This document shows positions 16,783-24,294 of a DNA stretch of 32,000 nt, one piece after another. Within the stretch, counting starts at the first letter, position 1, and each line of letters opens with the position of its first letter. Source of the DNA: Geotalea uraniireducens Rf4 (GTDB taxonomy: Bacteria; Desulfobacterota; Desulfuromonadia; Geobacterales; Geobacteraceae); the NCBI RefSeq assembly GCF_000016745.1, contig NC_009483.1, positions 1,380,001 through 1,412,000 of the forward strand, written 5' to 3'. The translations under genes were made by a program, and so were the position numbers. The notes under the pieces were generated by a model, which was given only the letters and a program-made list of their open reading frames with translations, was not told the origin of the DNA and searched no databases.

Positions 16783-17739
16783 TCACAATGGATAATGACA
16801 AGCTACCAAATGTCCCGGAGCGATTTGCCGCAGCTCGGGCCGGACCTGGGCGCAACGTTCTTCGGCACGGGGGCAGCGTGGCCGGAAGCGGCAGCTGCTC
16901 GGCGGGTCGATGGCCGAGGGGAGTTCTCCGGGGAGCATGCCGGTTTCCGCCAGGGGATGCCGGGGATCGGGCCGGGGGACAGCGGCGAGCAGTGCTTGCG
17001 TGTAGGGATGAGCCGGTGCGGCATAGAGTTCTGCACCGCGGGCCATCTCGCACAGGCGTCCGAGATACATCACGGCAACCCGGTCGCAGACGTTTTTCAC
17101 CACGGCCAGGTCGTGGGAAATGAACAGCATGGCAAGCCCGTACCTCCTCTTGACCTCGCGCAGCAGGTTGATGATCTGCGCCTGCACCGAGACGTCGAGC
17201 GAAGAAACCGGCTCGTCGCAGATCAGAAGTTGCGGGTCGGTCATCAGGGCGCGGGCGATGCTGACCCGCTGGCACTGTCCGCCGGAAAGCTGAAAGGGGC
17301 GCCGCCCGTAATGCTGTTCAGGATCGAGGCCGACTGCAGCCATCATCTCCTTGGTCCGGCGCATCCGTTCAGCCGCGTTCGTCCGTCCCATCGCCCGCAA
17401 CGGCGCTTCGATGCTTTCTCCCACCATGCGGACAGGGTTCAGCGAGGCAACCGGATCCTGGAAGATCATCTGGAAGCGGCTGCGCATGTGTCGCAGACTC
17501 CGCGACTTCAGAGCCGTCAGTTCCACGCCGTCGAGAATCACTCTTCCCGCCGTCGGACCGGGGAGATGCATGATTGCCCGCGCCAGGGAAGATTTGCCGC
17601 ATCCCGACTCCCCCACCAGCCCGAGGGTCTCGCCACGGCCGATGTCAAAGGAGACGCCGGAAACGGCGTGGACCTTGCGCCGCTGGGTTGCCGGAAATTC
17701 GACGACGAGCTCTTCGACCCGCAGCAATGGCGTTTCCAT
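16783..17739 (-). CDS. ABC transporter ATP-binding protein (OppF/DppF type)
   Basis: 318 aa from ATG 17739 (METPLLRVEELVVEF..). Walker A GESGCGKSS, signature LSGGQCQRV, and oligopeptide-type C-terminal Cys motif. The track ORF extension to 17883 runs through repeat DNA. Confidence 0.85.
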   Translation of the reverse strand: METPLLRVEELVVEFPATQRRKVHAVSGVSFDIGRGETLGLVGESGCGKSSLARAIMHLPGPTAGRVILDGVELTALKSRSLRHMRSRFQMIFQDPVASLNPVRMVGESIEAPLRAMGRTNAAERMRRTKEMMAAVGLDPEQHYGRRPFQLSGGQCQRVSIARALMTDPQLLICDEPVSSLDVSVQAQIINLLREVKRRYGLAMLFISHDLAVVKNVCDRVAVMYLGRLCEMARGAELYAAPAHPYTQALLAAVPRPDPRHPLAETGMLPGELPSAIDPPSSCRFRPRCPRAEERCAQVRPELRQIAPGHLVACHYPL

Positions 17740-17820
17740 ACCTATGATGCTTTTGCTTATCACTGACACCTCAAATACTGCCAAGAGACTTGGCAAAAAG
17801 AATATACCGCCCAGTTCTCG

Positions 17821-17872
17821 TAGGGGCGTGGGCTTGCCCTTTAGGCCCGCAGTTTGGGTCCGCCCTGTAGGC
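17821..17872. repeat. fragment of the GC-rich element family (TTTAGGCCCGCAGTTTGGGTCC module)
   Basis: CCCTTTAGGCCCGCAGTTTGGGTCC at 17837-17861 matches the module seen at 16650-16672, 20735-20755 and 21046-21068 (the last as reverse complement). Confidence 0.55.
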
Positions 17873-17934
17873 AGTGGTAACAATGTTGGCTATTGCTTCT
17901 GGGCGGGCCAAGGCCGCGCCCCTACAGAGTTCCC

Positions 17935-18921
17935 TCAATCACACGGAAACCAGCATGCGTAACGGTGATCTCCCCGTTCGTCGCCAAGCAGCGGCGGCTC
18001 TTCTGCATGGCACCTCTCTTCGGCCCGGCGGCAGCGGGGGGCGAAACGGCACCCTGCCGGCGTTGCGGCAAGATCCGGCGGTTGCCCGCCGATGGCCGTG
18101 AGCGCCCGATGGGAAGGATCATCGAGGCGGGGTATCGCGTCGAACAGCGCCCGGGTGTAGCGCATCCGCATCCGGTCGAACAAGGCAACGGTCGGAGCCT
18201 GCTCGACGATCCGCCCCCCGTACATCACCGCTGTCTCATGGGATCTTCCTGCCACCACCCCCAGGTCATGGGTCACCAGGATCATCGCCATGTTTCGCTC
18301 TTTCTGCATGCGTCCCAGGAGGTTTAGAATTTCCGCCTGAACGGTCACGTCAAGGGCGGTGGTCGGTTCGTCGGCGATGAGGAGTTGCGGATCGCAGGCC
18401 AGGGCGATGGCAATGGCCACCCTCTGGCGCATCCCCCCTGAAAGCTGGTGGGGATAGCATTCCAGCCGATCGGCGGGCTTGGGGATACCGACCGCCGCCA
18501 GCAGGGCGACTGCCCGTTCCCGCGCCTTTACCGAAGACATCCCCATGTGGTACCGCAGCGGTTCTGCGATCTGGCTGCCGATCTTCATTACCGGATTGAG
18601 GGAGGACATGGGATTTTGCAGCACGACGCCGATCTCTCTGCCGCGGATGGCGTTCAACTCCTTGTGCGGGAGTTTTCCCAAATCGCGTCCGGCAAAGATG
18701 ATCCGTCCCTGACCGGGCAATCCGGCGCGGCCGGGCAAAAGGCCCATGATGGCCCGGCAGAGCATGCTCTTGCCGCTGCCCGATTCACCGACAATGGCCA
18801 GGGTCTTTCCGCGCTCCAATGCAAAGGAAACCCCGTCCACCGCCCGCACCGTCCCTCTTTGGCACGGGAGGTGAACGGACAGGTTTTTCACTGTGAGGAG
18901 ATTTCTGTCGGAAGGCGTCAT
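17935..18921 (-). CDS. ABC transporter ATP-binding protein (OppD/DppD type)
   Basis: 328 aa. Walker A GESGSGKS, signature LSGGMRQRV, and C-terminal oligopeptide-ABC Cys motif. Its ATG overlaps the permease stop (ATGA). Confidence 0.9.
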   Translation of the reverse strand: MTPSDRNLLTVKNLSVHLPCQRGTVRAVDGVSFALERGKTLAIVGESGSGKSMLCRAIMGLLPGRAGLPGQGRIIFAGRDLGKLPHKELNAIRGREIGVVLQNPMSSLNPVMKIGSQIAEPLRYHMGMSSVKARERAVALLAAVGIPKPADRLECYPHQLSGGMRQRVAIAIALACDPQLLIADEPTTALDVTVQAEILNLLGRMQKERNMAMILVTHDLGVVAGRSHETAVMYGGRIVEQAPTVALFDRMRMRYTRALFDAIPRLDDPSHRALTAIGGQPPDLAATPAGCRFAPRCRRAEERCHAEEPPLLGDERGDHRYACWFPCD

Positions 18922-19739
18922 AGCTGGCTCTCCCTTCCGTCAAACCAGCCGCGCATCCTGTCGCCGACCAGATTCAGCGACATGATGGTCAGAAACATCA
19001 CAATCGTCGGGATCATGCTGACATGGGGCGCCTGTTCCAGGACCTCCCGCCCCTCGGCTATCATACCTCCCCAGCTCGGCGTCGGCGAGGGGACGCTCAG
19101 GCCGAGAAAGCCGAGCCCCCCTTCGGCGATGATCACGAAGCCCATCACCAGGAGCATGTAGACCAGCATCGGCATCAGCACGTTAGGGAGTATCTCCCGC
19201 AGGATGATGGCTGCGTCGCTTGCGCCCGCCCCACGGGCAGCCAGCACGAATTCGCGTTCAGCGAACCTGATCGTATTGGCACGGGCTACCCGGGCAAAAG
19301 AAGGGATGGCCACAACGCCGAGGGCAATGGTAAGGGTGGGGAGGCTGGAGCCAAAGACAAACGTGGCCATCAGCAGGAACACCAGGCGTGGGAAAGCAAG
19401 AAAGGTGTCGATTGCGCCGCCGATCATCTTCTCCGGATAATCGCGATAGAACCCGGCCAATACCCCCAAGAGGCATCCGAAGAACAGGCCGATGCACGGC
19501 GAAAAAAAGCCGACCGTCAGGGATATGCGAGCGCCGAAGAGGAGTCGCGCCGCGATGTCCCGCCCCATGTTGTCGGTGCCGAGCAGGTGCCCGCCAACGC
19601 CCGGTTTCGCCGCCAGGTTGATCCAGTCGATCTGATCAGGAGGCGGTACCGACCAGAAGCCGGCGCTCACGGCACAGACCATCATGAAGCCGATCCAGGC
19701 AGTGGCCAGCCAGAAAACTATGCCCGTCTTTTTATCCAA
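18918..19739 (-). CDS. ABC transporter permease (OppC/DppC type)
   Basis: I start it at TTG 19739 because AAGGAGG lies 6 nt upstream and it overlaps the upstream permease stop by 8 nt. 273 aa with the BPD-transporter motif ..ARVARANTIRFAEREFVLAARGAGAS.. Confidence 0.8.
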   Translation of the reverse strand: MDKKTGIVFWLATAWIGFMMVCAVSAGFWSVPPPDQIDWINLAAKPGVGGHLLGTDNMGRDIAARLLFGARISLTVGFFSPCIGLFFGCLLGVLAGFYRDYPEKMIGGAIDTFLAFPRLVFLLMATFVFGSSLPTLTIALGVVAIPSFARVARANTIRFAEREFVLAARGAGASDAAIILREILPNVLMPMLVYMLLVMGFVIIAEGGLGFLGLSVPSPTPSWGGMIAEGREVLEQAPHVSMIPTIVMFLTIMSLNLVGDRMRGWFDGRESQL

Positions 19740-20685
19740 CAGAACCCTCCTTGCGCACACGGGGGTCCAGCAGGCCGTAACTTGCATCAACCAGGAAGTT
19801 GACCCCCACATAACCGACGGCGATAAAGAGAACGCACCCCTGGACCATGGGAAAATCCTGGGCAAAGATGCTGGATAGCAGTAGCCGTCCGACTCCCGGC
19901 AGGGCGAAGAGGTTTTCGATAATCACGGCCCCGCCGATCAGGTTGCCTATATGCAGACCGCACAGGGTAATCATGGTAAAACAGGAAGGTCTCAAGGCAT
20001 GCCTGAGCAGAATCCTCCAGGCCGGCAGCCCTTTGGCCCTGGCAAGGAGGATGAAGTCCTCCCGCAGGGTGGTGATCATGTCGTTGCGCAACACCCGCAT
20101 CAGGGTGACCCACTCGACCAGGGCGATGGAGAGCGCCGGCAGGATGAAGCCTTTCAGGTTTGCCGGGAGACCCTCGGCCATGGGGGTATATCCGGTTGCT
20201 GGAAACCACTTGAGCCGCAGGGAAAAGAAGAAAATAAGGATAATGGCCAGGGCGAAGCTCGGGATGGAAACCAGGCCGAAGCCGATCGTTCCGAAAAGGC
20301 GATCAAGCCTTGAGCCGGCCCGCCAGGCCGAGACGATGCCGACAGAAACGGCCAGAACAAGGGCGAAAAACTGCGCCAGTATGAGCAGCTCAAGGGTGAC
20401 CGGAAGATGGGAAGCAATGGCCCGGGCAACCGGCTGCCTGGAGTAGAGGGAATAGCCGAGGTCTCCCCGGAGAACTCCCCCCAGCCACTTGGCGTAGCGG
20501 ACGAGCACGGGGTCGTTCAGGCCGAGCTGCTCCCGGATTGCGGCAACATCGCTTGCGGTTGCGCCCTGGCCGGCAACCTCGTGAGCAATGCTGGCCGGCA
20601 GCAGATTGAGCATCACGAAGGTAAGGGCTGTGACGGCAAAGACGACTATAATCAAATGTAAGAGCTTTCCGCTGAAAAAACGCAT
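19732..20685 (-). CDS. ABC transporter permease (OppB/DppB type)
   Basis: 317 aa from ATG 20685 (MRFFSGKLLHLIIVV.., GGAGG SD). Motif ..LREDFILLARAKGLPAWRILLRHALRPS.. The track ORF extension to 20862 is repeat DNA. Confidence 0.9.
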   Translation of the reverse strand: MRFFSGKLLHLIIVVFAVTALTFVMLNLLPASIAHEVAGQGATASDVAAIREQLGLNDPVLVRYAKWLGGVLRGDLGYSLYSRQPVARAIASHLPVTLELLILAQFFALVLAVSVGIVSAWRAGSRLDRLFGTIGFGLVSIPSFALAIILIFFFSLRLKWFPATGYTPMAEGLPANLKGFILPALSIALVEWVTLMRVLRNDMITTLREDFILLARAKGLPAWRILLRHALRPSCFTMITLCGLHIGNLIGGAVIIENLFALPGVGRLLLSSIFAQDFPMVQGCVLFIAVGYVGVNFLVDASYGLLDPRVRKEGSVG

Positions 20686-20724
20686 TGAATTTTCAAAGCC
20701 TCCGTTTAGACCCAGCACTGTAGT

Positions 20725-20811
20725 CCTCTCCTTTGGGCCCGCAATTTGGGTCCACAAGGGGCGAGGGGATTTTAAAGCTCCCCTCCCTTGATGGGAGGGG
20801 TTGGGGGAGGG
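20725..20811. repeat. GC-rich element family copy
   Basis: CCTCTCCTTTGGGCCCGCAATTTGGGTCCACAAGGGGCGAGGGGATTTTAAAGCTCCCCTCCCTTGATGGGAGGGGTTGGGGGAGGG. It is near-identical to parts of 16628-16749 and, as reverse complement, to 24026-24090. Confidence 0.8.
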
Positions 20812-20928
20812 TGTAACGTTCGTATGCCCGCTTCCCGTAATATGTCTGCATTTCCTCGACAACTTCCCTGCAGCGTGTGCAGGTCTGTTCGTTTATGACG
20901 AGCGCCGGCATAATTCGTCCTTGCAAAA

Positions 20929-20969
20929 CACCCTCCCCCTAACCCCCTCCCATCTAAGGGAGGGGGAAC
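20929..20969. repeat. 41-bp direct repeat, copy 1 (flanks the DUF559 cassette)
   Basis: CACCCTCCCCCTAACCCCCTCCCATCTAAGGGAGGGGGAAC, identical to 21480-21520. It contains the hairpin CCCCCTCCC-ATCTAA-GGGAGGGGG. Confidence 0.95.
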
Positions 20970-21029
20970 TTTTTGCGCGGTAGCGGGTATTATTCAAACC
21001 TGCAAATTTCCCTTGAGGAACAGTATCTA

Positions 21030-21089
21030 CCCCCTCTCCCCTCGTGGACCCAAATTGCGGGCCTAAAGGAGAGGGCCGGGGAGAGGGGG
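21030..21089. repeat. GC-rich element family copy overlapping the DUF559 3' end
   Basis: CCCCCTCTCCCC..GGACCCAAATTGCGGGCCTAAAGGAGAGGG..GGGGAGAGGGGG. The outer 12-mers are complementary. Confidence 0.75.
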
Positions 21090-21437
21090 CTTATTTGCCG
21101 CTTGAAAACACCGCAACCTTACAACTTCCAAAACCGAGTCTATATTTGTCAGGATTTCGTTGTTCCAGAACCTCAATACGGTAAAACCCTGAGATTTCAG
21201 CCACTGAGTCCGCTCTTCGTCTTTTTCCTTTTCCAGTGCATGTTGACCACCGTCTGCTTCGACAATAATTCTCTTTTCGTAACAGACAAAATCTGCAATG
21301 AAATGGCCTATCTGCTCCTGCCGCCGAAATTTCAAGCCGTCCAGTTGTCTGGCTTTCAGGTGTTGCCACAAGAGCCGTTCGGCGTCTGTTGAGTTTCTGC
21401 GGAGTTCTTTGGCCGTTTGTGTCAGGTTTATGGGCAT
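21063..21437 (-). CDS. DUF559 (Vsr/PD-(D/E)xK-like) endonuclease-domain protein
   Basis: 124 aa from ATG 21437: ..AKELRRNSTDAERLLWQHLKARQLDGLKFRRQEQIGHFIADFVCYEKRIIVEADGGQH..WLKSQGFTVLRFWNNEI.. is the DUF559 core. The last ~9 codons and the stop lie in the repeat at 21030-21089. Confidence 0.85.
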   Translation of the reverse strand: MPINLTQTAKELRRNSTDAERLLWQHLKARQLDGLKFRRQEQIGHFIADFVCYEKRIIVEADGGQHALEKEKDEERTQWLKSQGFTVLRFWNNEILTNIDSVLEVVRLRCFQAANKPPLPGPLL

Positions 21438-21479
21438 GATATTTTCTTCACCTTTTTGAAAAGCCTTTGCACGGTCTTG

Positions 21480-21520
21480 CACCCTCCCCCTAACCCCCTC
21501 CCATCTAAGGGAGGGGGAAC
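21480..21520. repeat. 41-bp direct repeat, copy 2
   Basis: Identical to 20929-20969. Confidence 0.95.
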
Positions 21521-21616
21521 CTTACGGTTCATGATTCCCTTCCGGTAATTGTAGGGGCGGCCTTATGTGGCCGCCCTTTTGGCAATGCATCCTTGCGCAG
21601 GCAGACGGGCCTGCCT

Positions 21617-23188
21617 TTACCGGCCACCCTTTTTAATCCAGACATCACTTACCCGGACGATCCCGTGATCTACTTTCGATATCCCCTGGATACCCGCTTT
21701 GGCAATGGCGCTGTAGCGTATCGCTCCACGGTAGAGAAACACCGCCTCGTCGTTTAACTGTTTGGCCACACCGCACAGAGCCTTCTGCCGTTCCTTGTTG
21801 TTGGCGCTTATCTGCAGGGTCGTCAGCAGTTTATCCATTTCCGGATTCCGGTATTGACTGAAATTTATCTCGCTCTTTGAATAGAGATTGGCATAAAGAG
21901 TCGGTCCCATATCGGTCGCATCGAACAGTTGCCAGCCGGTCATCTGGTAATCCCCGGCAAAGACCTTTTTGTTCCTCTGTCCCAAGGTCAGAGGGGTGAC
22001 GGTGACTGTCACGCCAATCTCTTTGTACAGCCGCTGGACGATCTCGCCGAACTCCCGCCCGCGGGGGGTATTGGTGATCTGCAACTCCAGGTTGACCGGT
22101 TTGCCGTACTCGGCAATGAGTTGTCTCCCTTTCTCGGGATTGAATCCCCGATAGCCGAGATCACCGCAGGCTATCGTGCCGCCGAACGGGTCCCGGGCCA
22201 CGGCTATGGTATCCTTGTAGCTCGCCTTGATGTAAAACTCCTGGTTCCAAGCATAGGACAGCGCCCGGCGCACCCGCACATCATTCAGGGGGGGCTTCGA
22301 AGTATTGAAGATGAATGTCTCCGCTCCGGTGGCATCACTGCTGTAGACCTTGAGCGATCTGTCTTCCCTGGCTTGCAGGATACTGGCGCCCCGGTCGGTC
22401 AGGATTACATCCAGCTCGCCGGATTTCAGACCGGCAAAACGGGTCTGCATATCAGGCACCGTCCGGAAAACGACGCTGTCCAGGAACGGTTTCCCCTTCC
22501 GCCAGTAGGAGGGATTACGGACCACCACCAGCCGGTCGTTGGCAATCCATTCCTTGAACTTGTATGGACCGGTACCAACTGGCGCCAAATCCTGGGTACC
22601 TTCTTTCATTGCCTTGGGGGAGGGGATATAAGCCGCGATGCCGTTAGTCGAGGCGATAACATCCTTGAAAGGAACCCAGACATGCTTCAACTGAAAACGG
22701 ACGGTAAAGTCATCAACTTTTTTCACAGATTCTATCGGCTGCATCGTCACCAATCCCCGAAAGCGGTTCTTCGGGTCGAGTAGCCGCTCCCAATGCTGGA
22801 CCACTGCATCGGCATTGAAAGGGATTCCGTCGTGGAACGACACCCCCTTGCGCAGCTTGATCGTCCAGGTCTTGCCGTCTTTCGAGGGGGTAGCAGAAAG
22901 GCCGAGCTCTGGCACGAGTTTTCCCTTCGCATCCATGTCGAACAGGCGTTCCTCGATCGCCATGGCGACACTCCGGGCCTGAGAACTCAAGAATCCCGCC
23001 TTGATCGGATCAAACCCTCTGCCATCGGCCTCCACCGCTACGGTCAGCGTTCCGCCACGCTCCGGCCCGGCTGCCGATACCTGATTCACGTGACCGGAAA
23101 ACACCAGTGCAGACAGAACCCATAGCCCAATCAGCCCGGCACAACGTCTCACATTGCTGAATCTTCCCCTGTTGCTCTCTCTTTTCAT
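21617..23188 (-). CDS. ABC transporter substrate-binding protein, family 5 (peptide/nickel type)
   Basis: 523 aa with a signal-peptide-like N-terminus. ..GGTLTVAVEADGRGFDP.. and ..WTIKLRKGVSFHDGIPFNADAV.. are typical SBP_bac_5 motifs. Confidence 0.9.
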   Translation of the reverse strand: MKRESNRGRFSNVRRCAGLIGLWVLSALVFSGHVNQVSAAGPERGGTLTVAVEADGRGFDPIKAGFLSSQARSVAMAIEERLFDMDAKGKLVPELGLSATPSKDGKTWTIKLRKGVSFHDGIPFNADAVVQHWERLLDPKNRFRGLVTMQPIESVKKVDDFTVRFQLKHVWVPFKDVIASTNGIAAYIPSPKAMKEGTQDLAPVGTGPYKFKEWIANDRLVVVRNPSYWRKGKPFLDSVVFRTVPDMQTRFAGLKSGELDVILTDRGASILQAREDRSLKVYSSDATGAETFIFNTSKPPLNDVRVRRALSYAWNQEFYIKASYKDTIAVARDPFGGTIACGDLGYRGFNPEKGRQLIAEYGKPVNLELQITNTPRGREFGEIVQRLYKEIGVTVTVTPLTLGQRNKKVFAGDYQMTGWQLFDATDMGPTLYANLYSKSEINFSQYRNPEMDKLLTTLQISANNKERQKALCGVAKQLNDEAVFLYRGAIRYSAIAKAGIQGISKVDHGIVRVSDVWIKKGGR

Positions 23189-23275
23189 TGTCCCCCCCCT
23201 TTGACGCCATAAAATCGGGGTCGCTGTTAACGACCTCCACCAATACAGTCTGCAATCACATCTCTCCGAACGGGC

Positions 23276-23887
23276 TCATCCGCCGGACACCGCATCTGCT
23301 CCGTCAGCGTTCGCATTGAACTGCAACATAAACCCGTCATAGATCGCTTTGCTTGTCCTTCTGATGAAATCTTCCGTATCAAGTCCTTTTTCTGCCAGAT
23401 AGTTGCTGTTGGTATTCAGCCAATACGCCAGTTTTTGGGCGAACATCATCCTGGAAAGCCGGATCATTTTCAGTTCGAGTTCGTCTAGTCCGGCGAACAA
23501 TGGGTAGTCAACCAGTGTCGCTGAAATGAAATCCACGAGTTCCTTTCCCATTTTCTTGCACAATTCAACATTTCTCCCGTCCCACATACAGCGAAACAGA
23601 TACTTTTCCTCTTCTGCGAACCTGATATAACTGATCCCCTGGTCGATCCATTTGTCGCCCGTCCTCTCTTCCAGAAGGCGTTCCTTGAGCAGCTCAAGGG
23701 CTTTCAGGCAGACCGCGTCTTCAAGATCCCGCACATTGCTGAACTGGGAATAAATGGGCATGGTAGAGGCATTGATCGCCTTGGCCACGGCTTGCACCGA
23801 AAAGCCGGACCATCCCTGTTCCCGAACCAGTTGAAACGCCGCGTCGATGATTTCTTCCCGACCGAATTGAATATTTCTGGGTGACAT
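23276..23887 (-). CDS. TetR/AcrR-family transcriptional regulator
   Basis: 203 aa with an N-terminal HTH (..IIDAAFQLVREQGWSGFSVQAVAKAINASTMPIYSQFSN..). It is the first gene of the minus-strand transporter cluster. Confidence 0.85.
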   Translation of the reverse strand: MSPRNIQFGREEIIDAAFQLVREQGWSGFSVQAVAKAINASTMPIYSQFSNVRDLEDAVCLKALELLKERLLEERTGDKWIDQGISYIRFAEEEKYLFRCMWDGRNVELCKKMGKELVDFISATLVDYPLFAGLDELELKMIRLSRMMFAQKLAYWLNTNSNYLAEKGLDTEDFIRRTSKAIYDGFMLQFNANADGADAVSGG

Positions 23888-23916
23888 GTTTCCATCCTTG
23901 TCTTGATATAAGGTTG

Positions 23917-23937
23917 TTATATAACGTCATTATATAA
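23917..23937. promoter_or_regulatory. candidate operator: two palindromic octamers TTATATAA-N5-TTATATAA
   Basis: Read directly from the sequence, 30-50 bp upstream of the TetR start in an AT-rich promoter region. Confidence 0.35.
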
Positions 23938-24025
23938 ATCGATTATGTAAAGTCAAGCAGATATTCATAATATTTGGTTAGAAAATTGTTTTGATTTCCA
24001 TGCCATAAAAACCAGCACATTGCAT

Positions 24026-24105
24026 CCTCCCCCAACCCCTCCCATCAAGGGAGGGGAGCATTAAAGTCCCCTCTCCCCTTGTGGGAGAGGGCTAGGGTGA
24101 GGGGG
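24026..24105. repeat. GC-rich element family, compact core copy
   Basis: CCTCCCCCAACCCCTCCC-ATCAA-GGGAGGGGAGCATTAAAGTCCCCTCTCCCC-TTGT-GGGAGAGGGCTAGGGTGAGGGGG. Two adjacent hairpins, without the GGCCCGCAATTTGGGTCC inserts. Confidence 0.8.
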
Positions 24106-24250
24106 AAAGTGCAGGGTGACAACCGATGCGGAAGGGACAATGAGGTATGGAACTCCTCGGCTGGGACCGTCGAAGAGGTGAAAGAGATGTCCTGTAATGT
24201 AACGAGCGGGATTTCGGCCTGCCTTGAGACGGCAGGCCAAAAGTATTGGA

Positions 24251-24279
24251 GGAGCAGAAGGGTGAGGCCCTCCTGCTCC
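24251..24279 (-). terminator. terminator candidate after the chemoreceptor gene
   Basis: 12-bp stem (GGAGCAGAAGGG / CCCTCCTGCTCC, one G-U pair) starting 16 nt after the stop. On the minus strand a short T run follows, but only after ~9 nt. Confidence 0.4.
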
Positions 24280-24294
24280 TTTAACAGGGAACAG

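Noticed and set aside
16783-17883. Long N-terminal extensions of the track ORFs for the ATPase gene at these coordinates, and likewise for the permease genes (19732-20862, 18918-19865), the MCP gene (24295-26976) and the ThiF-like gene (27611-28528)
   Set aside because: The extensions run through repeat DNA or the upstream gene and lack SDs. Internal starts with good SDs and homolog-like N-termini were chosen instead.
20693-20926. 77-aa minus-strand ORF (MPALVINEQTCTRCREVVEEMQTYYGKRAYE..)
   Set aside because: Only the first ~32 codons are unique sequence, and the rest is translation of the GC-rich repeat. The SD is weak. The single CxxC is reminiscent of a thioredoxin-like or ferredoxin N-terminus, so it may be a gene remnant, but it is not supportable as a gene.
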